From the IMG/VR virus record IMGVR_UViG_3300046167_000088, positions 1 to 57,238 of that record: a DNA stretch of 57,238 nt. One strand, written 5' to 3'. A model generated the notes under the pieces. That model was not told where the DNA came from, ran no database searches, and saw only the letters and a program-made list of their open reading frames with translations. Source of the stretch: a virus (lineage: Duplodnaviria; Caudoviricetes). Both the position numbers and the translations under genes were made by a program. This document shows positions 56,493 to 57,238 of the stretch, piece after piece (the stretch's first letter is position 1; each line of letters begins with the position of its first letter).

Positions 56493-56647
56493 ATAATAAA
56501 GGGTAAGGAAACCGATATGTGTCGCAAACTACGTATGAGGAGGTTTTGGGAGGAGAGAGTAACACATAGAGTGTGACACATATCAGTAAAGTAGAGTAAT
56601 ACAAGATTATAGTTATGTTTATTATATAGTATTACTGTAATACAAGA

Positions 56648-56676
56648 AGTTTACTATACTCTAAAAACACTGTCAA
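56648..56676 (-). promoter_or_regulatory. Leftward sigma70-like promoter
   Basis: TTGACA-N17-TAAACT. Confidence 0.55.
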
Positions 56677-56680
56677 CCCT

Positions 56681-56810
56681 AGAGTTATAACTCTTAGTGT
56701 TTAAACTCTTCCTATGTCCACTATCCTATTTGCAACACATTCTATATAGTTAAACTCTTTATTTAGTTTTTACTTTATTTTTTAGTTTTTACTTAAAGAG
56801 TTATAACTCT
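56681..56810. repeat. Two AGAGTTATAACTCT palindromes flanking degenerate copies and a 14-bp direct repeat
   Basis: 56681-56694 and 56797-56810; TTTAGTTTTTACTT at 56762 and 56781. Confidence 0.8.
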
Positions 56811-56824
56811 CTACTACTACTACG

Positions 56825-56854
56825 TAGTTATAAACGTCAGAGAGGGGCAGTCAA
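56825..56854 (-). promoter_or_regulatory. Leftward promoter
   Basis: TTGACT-N16-TATAACTA. Confidence 0.55.
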
Positions 56855-56869
56855 GCGAAAAATGCATGT

Positions 56870-56908
56870 TGTAACATAAAGTGACATAACTGTAACATAC
56901 TGTAACAT
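56870..56908 (+). repeat. Four helically phased GT(A/G)ACAT repeats
   Basis: TGTAACAT, AGTGACAT, TGTAACAT, TGTAACAT at 10-11 bp spacing. Confidence 0.7.
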
Positions 56909-57211
56909 TCCGTGAGCTATAACACACCTACTAGATAAGACCGAATCGGACTTACTTTATAGCTATTAACATTTGTAGGGCTGTATATGCTTTAAAAAGC
57001 TGGACTCAAAAATCCACTTCTGTGTAGTTATACATATACGTATAACGTACATACCCCCACTGGGTCCTGCCACGCCCCTTTCGAGCTATAATTACGGTGA
57101 TTTTGACTGAATAAGATATGAATATAGCGTAAAGCATTGAAAAGCTTAACTTTTATAACTGATATAATAACAGCAATATGGGTATGTGTGTATATTTTGA
57201 GAAGCTTTTTA

Positions 57212-57225
57212 TTTGTGATCACAAA
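57212..57225. promoter_or_regulatory. 14-bp palindrome TTTGTGATCACAAA
   Basis: Perfect palindrome with the same core as 21-30 and 52-61. Confidence 0.6.
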
Positions 57226-57238
57226 ACTGTAAAAGCCA

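Larger units (their letters stand above)
1..57238. mobile_element. Near-complete HMO-2011-type podovirus genome, integrase-bearing
   Basis: Complete replication, packaging and structural modules; PolA with DnaJ-like insertion; two convergent gene arms; the same TGTGATCACA motif at both ends. Confidence 0.9.

Noticed and set aside
57028-57222. 64-aa - strand ORF in the terminal region
   Set aside because: No RBS or motif, and it overlaps palindromic regulatory-like sites; probably non-coding

Overview
The window looks like an essentially complete (about 57 kb) genome of a marine podovirus of the HMO-2011/roseophage CRP type. The host is most likely an alphaproteobacterium (Rhodobacteraceae-like); this is inferred from alphaproteobacterial LexA boxes, a DUF1127 gene and a B12-dependent RNR. 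The left arm (+ strand, 393-19238) carries AT-rich small early genes, a C5 methyltransferase, a tyrosine integrase, HNH, primase, helicase, family A DNA polymerase with the diagnostic DnaJ-like CXXCXGXG insertion, SSB, nucleases, MazG, class II RNR, glutaredoxin and PhoH. The right arm (- strand, 19239-56492) carries internal virion proteins, tail, an unusually large fibre arsenal, capsid, scaffold, portal, terminase, a DUF1127-led envelope-protein operon and small basic proteins. A non-coding region spans the two ends. Several essential genes are split by single-base insertions, probably sequencing errors. The best candidates for undescribed biology are: (1) structured RNA leaders on the capsid and scaffold genes that share one internal-loop motif; (2) a terminal panel of host transcription-factor-like sites, including tandem LexA boxes, in an integrase-bearing phage with no visible repressor; (3) a five-gene DUF1127/lipoprotein/secreted-protein operon; (4) an Acb2/Tad1-like sponge candidate, an NrdR-like zinc ribbon and a small beta-barrel gene. 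All product calls come from motif recognition by eye; no searches were run.
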